Assembly: GCF_006345805.1 (NCBI RefSeq)
Contig: NW_021834532.1
Span: 1 to 48,979, forward strand
Direction of reading: 5' to 3'
Origin: Octopus sinensis
Lineage: Eukaryota
DNA: 48,979 nucleotides
This document shows, in pieces, positions 46,601 to 48,979 of this stretch (positions are counted from its first letter, which is position 1; each line of letters opens with the position of its first letter). The notes below the pieces were generated by a model, which saw nothing but the letters and a program-made list of their open reading frames with translations, was not told the origin of the DNA and did no database searches. The translations under genes and the position numbers were made by a program.

Positions 46601-47072
46601 AGGCGCAATGGCCCAGTGGTTTGGGCAGCGGACTCGCGGTTTCGATCCCCAGACCTGGCATTGTGAGTGTTTATTGAACGAAAACTCCTAAAGCTCCACG
46701 AGGCTCCGGCAGGGGGTGGTGATGAACCCTGCTGTACTCTTTCACCACAACTTTCTCTCACTTTTTCTTCCTGTTTCTGTTGTAACTGTATTTCAAAGGG
46801 CCTGCCTTGTCACATTTCCCCGAGAACTACGTTAAGGGTACACGTGTCTGCAGAGTGCTCACCCATTTGCACATTAATAATTGAGTTGCGACGTCATGGA
46901 TGCCAAGCTGTATCGGACTTTGCCTTTCCCTTGGATAACATCGGTGGCGTGGAGAGGGAAGGCTGGTATGTGTGGGCGACTGCTGGACTTCCATAAACAA
47001 CCTTGCCCAGACTTGTGTCTCGGAGGGTAACTTTCTAGGTGCAATCCCATGGCCACTCATGACCGAAGGGGG
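46601..47072 (+). mobile_element. Chimeric SINE: family C head and body plus family D tail
   Basis: 46601-46780 matches 17508; 46873-47072 matches 5673-5875. Confidence 0.8.
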
Positions 47073-47289
47073 TCACACGCACTCACACAGCTTGCCTCCA
47101 CCGTCGAAATAATAAGCTATTGAACAATCAATGCAACGCTTTCGTCTTTTAAGTTACAATAAAAACGAAGAAAGGAAAATAGAAAAAACAAATCGTTAGA
47201 ATCTGGGGTAGAATTCCATGTTGCTCTATGTGTACCGTGTTTCGGTGTTCTGAGTTCAAATCCAACCGAGGTCAACTCTGCATGTCAGT

Positions 47290-47900
47290 CTTCTTCTTCT
47301 TCTTCTTCTTCTTCTTCTTCTTCTTCTTCTTCTTCTTCTTCTTCTTCTTCTTCTTCTTCTTCTTCTTCTTCTTCTTCTTCTTCTTCTTCTTCTTCTTCTT
47401 CTTCTTCTTCTTCTTCTCTTCTTCTTCTTCTTCTTCTTCTTCTTCTTCTATACACTCATACATACATACATACATGCACACATACATACATATATGCATA
47501 CATGCTCACATGCATACATACACACATACATAACTACATAGATACATACATACACACACGTACATACAATATAATACAATACATACATGCATGTATGCAT
47601 ATATACATACATAAATACATGCACACATACATAAATACATAGATACATACATACACACATACATACAATATAATACAATACATACATACATACATGCACA
47701 CATACATACTTACATAGACTACATACATACACACATACATACAATCATAATATATACACACATACACACACATACATAAATACATAGATACATACATACA
47801 CTCACACACATACATACATACATACATACATACATACATACATACATACATACATACAATATAATACAATCCATAAAACATATATACATGCATACATATA
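47290..47900. repeat. (TTC)n then (CATA)n microsatellite
   Basis: Direct reading. Confidence 0.95.
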
Positions 47901-48487
47901 TTCTAATTCAATACATATATACGTTCTCTCAAGGTAAATAACATAGTATTCCGTGTTCTAACACGACATCCAAGTTAAGTTGGAGACAAAGATTGCCTTC
48001 GGGTAATAATCCTGCTTCTGTCTCTATTAATTATTTTTTAATAACCTCATTGGCTGTCAGCGACATCAGTGTCTGAATAGACACTGATACACTATGTATC
48101 GCTGATAGGAGACTTGGCTGTTATGTCGCTGCTGGACATCTATCACTGAGGATCCAAAAACGTGAAATCACGGGATCTGGCAGTTCCAGTATAGCCGTAG
48201 CAGACGGTTCTCTCTGTCAACGACATCAATACTCGTGCTTTTATGCAAATCCGTATGGGTTAAAAAGATAGCTTGCTTCCTATTAGCTGAGGACGGAAAA
48301 TAACTGTTGAACAGCGAGCGCCAAAATTCAAATAGGTCTGAACATATAGAAACAGACGAAAAGATATTATAGCAATAAATTGATATTATGATATATTAAA
48401 TGTTGATGATTTTGTGCGACTATTCGAGTTATATTTTCAGCTCTTATTTCAAGCAGTTGTAGGTGCTATTTTGTACCTTTATTTATG

Positions 48488-48537
<50 letters not shown>

Positions 48538-48544
48538 TATATAT

Positions 48545-48597
<53 letters not shown>

Positions 48598-48620
48598 TAT
48601 ACATATATATACATATATAT

Positions 48621-48848
48621 ATCGCTGGTCACAAAGCGCTTTGATTATTTCGCCATCAACTGACTCCATCCCGCTGGCTAAGCGAGCAGGCCGACAGAAG
48701 AAAGAGTGAAAGAGTACAGCAGGGATCGCCACACCCCCTGTCGGAGCCTCGTGGAGCTTTAGGTGTTTTCGCTCAATAAACACCTACAACGCCCGGTCTG
48801 GGAATCGAAACCGCGATCCTACGACCGCGGGTACGCTGCCCTAACTAC
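48621..48848 (-). mobile_element. SINE family C
   Basis: Reverse complement of the 29446 copy with internal deletions. Confidence 0.9.
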
Positions 48849-48979
48849 TATTATAACGTATTTAATATTATAACGTATTTAATATATCATAATATTGATT
48901 TATCATTATAACTTATTGTATGTATGTGTGCATGTGTGTATGTACACAAATAAATGTATGGTTGCATTTATATATGTAT

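Noticed and set aside
48143-48180. CTGAGGA...GAA-ATC-ACGG-GAT-C hammerhead-like motif
   Set aside because: Stem II cannot form and stem I is only 3 bp; at most a heavily decayed copy.

Overview
Repeat-saturated, AT-rich animal genomic DNA with no recognisable intact host gene. The SINE sequences and extreme microsatellite load point to an octopus (coleoid cephalopod) intron or intergenic region; this is inference from recalled repeat families, not a database hit. Nearly all supplied ORFs are translated microsatellites. Supportable content: four tRNA-headed SINE families (called A-D here, about 25 copies) plus an old tail family (F), RTE LINE remnants (one with a 5' inversion and three C2H2 fingers), four R4/Dong-like LINE remnants, mariner, pogo-like and hAT MITEs or remnants, two non-autonomous Helitrons, and a Penelope-like endonuclease C-terminus. 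The most notable signal is at RNA level. At least eight minimal type I hammerhead-ribozyme motifs from several unrelated sequence families can be folded by eye (e.g. 25461-25507 +, 28923-28968 -, 29906-29947 -). Most sit next to (TA)n tracts, several are in or beside fold-back inverted repeats, and several share a CCGANGA (U4C) core variant. Hammerheads in Penelope-like pseudo-LTRs are known; the density, the recurrent core variant and the fold-back architecture are what deserve testing. All coordinates were counted by hand; element ends are approximate.
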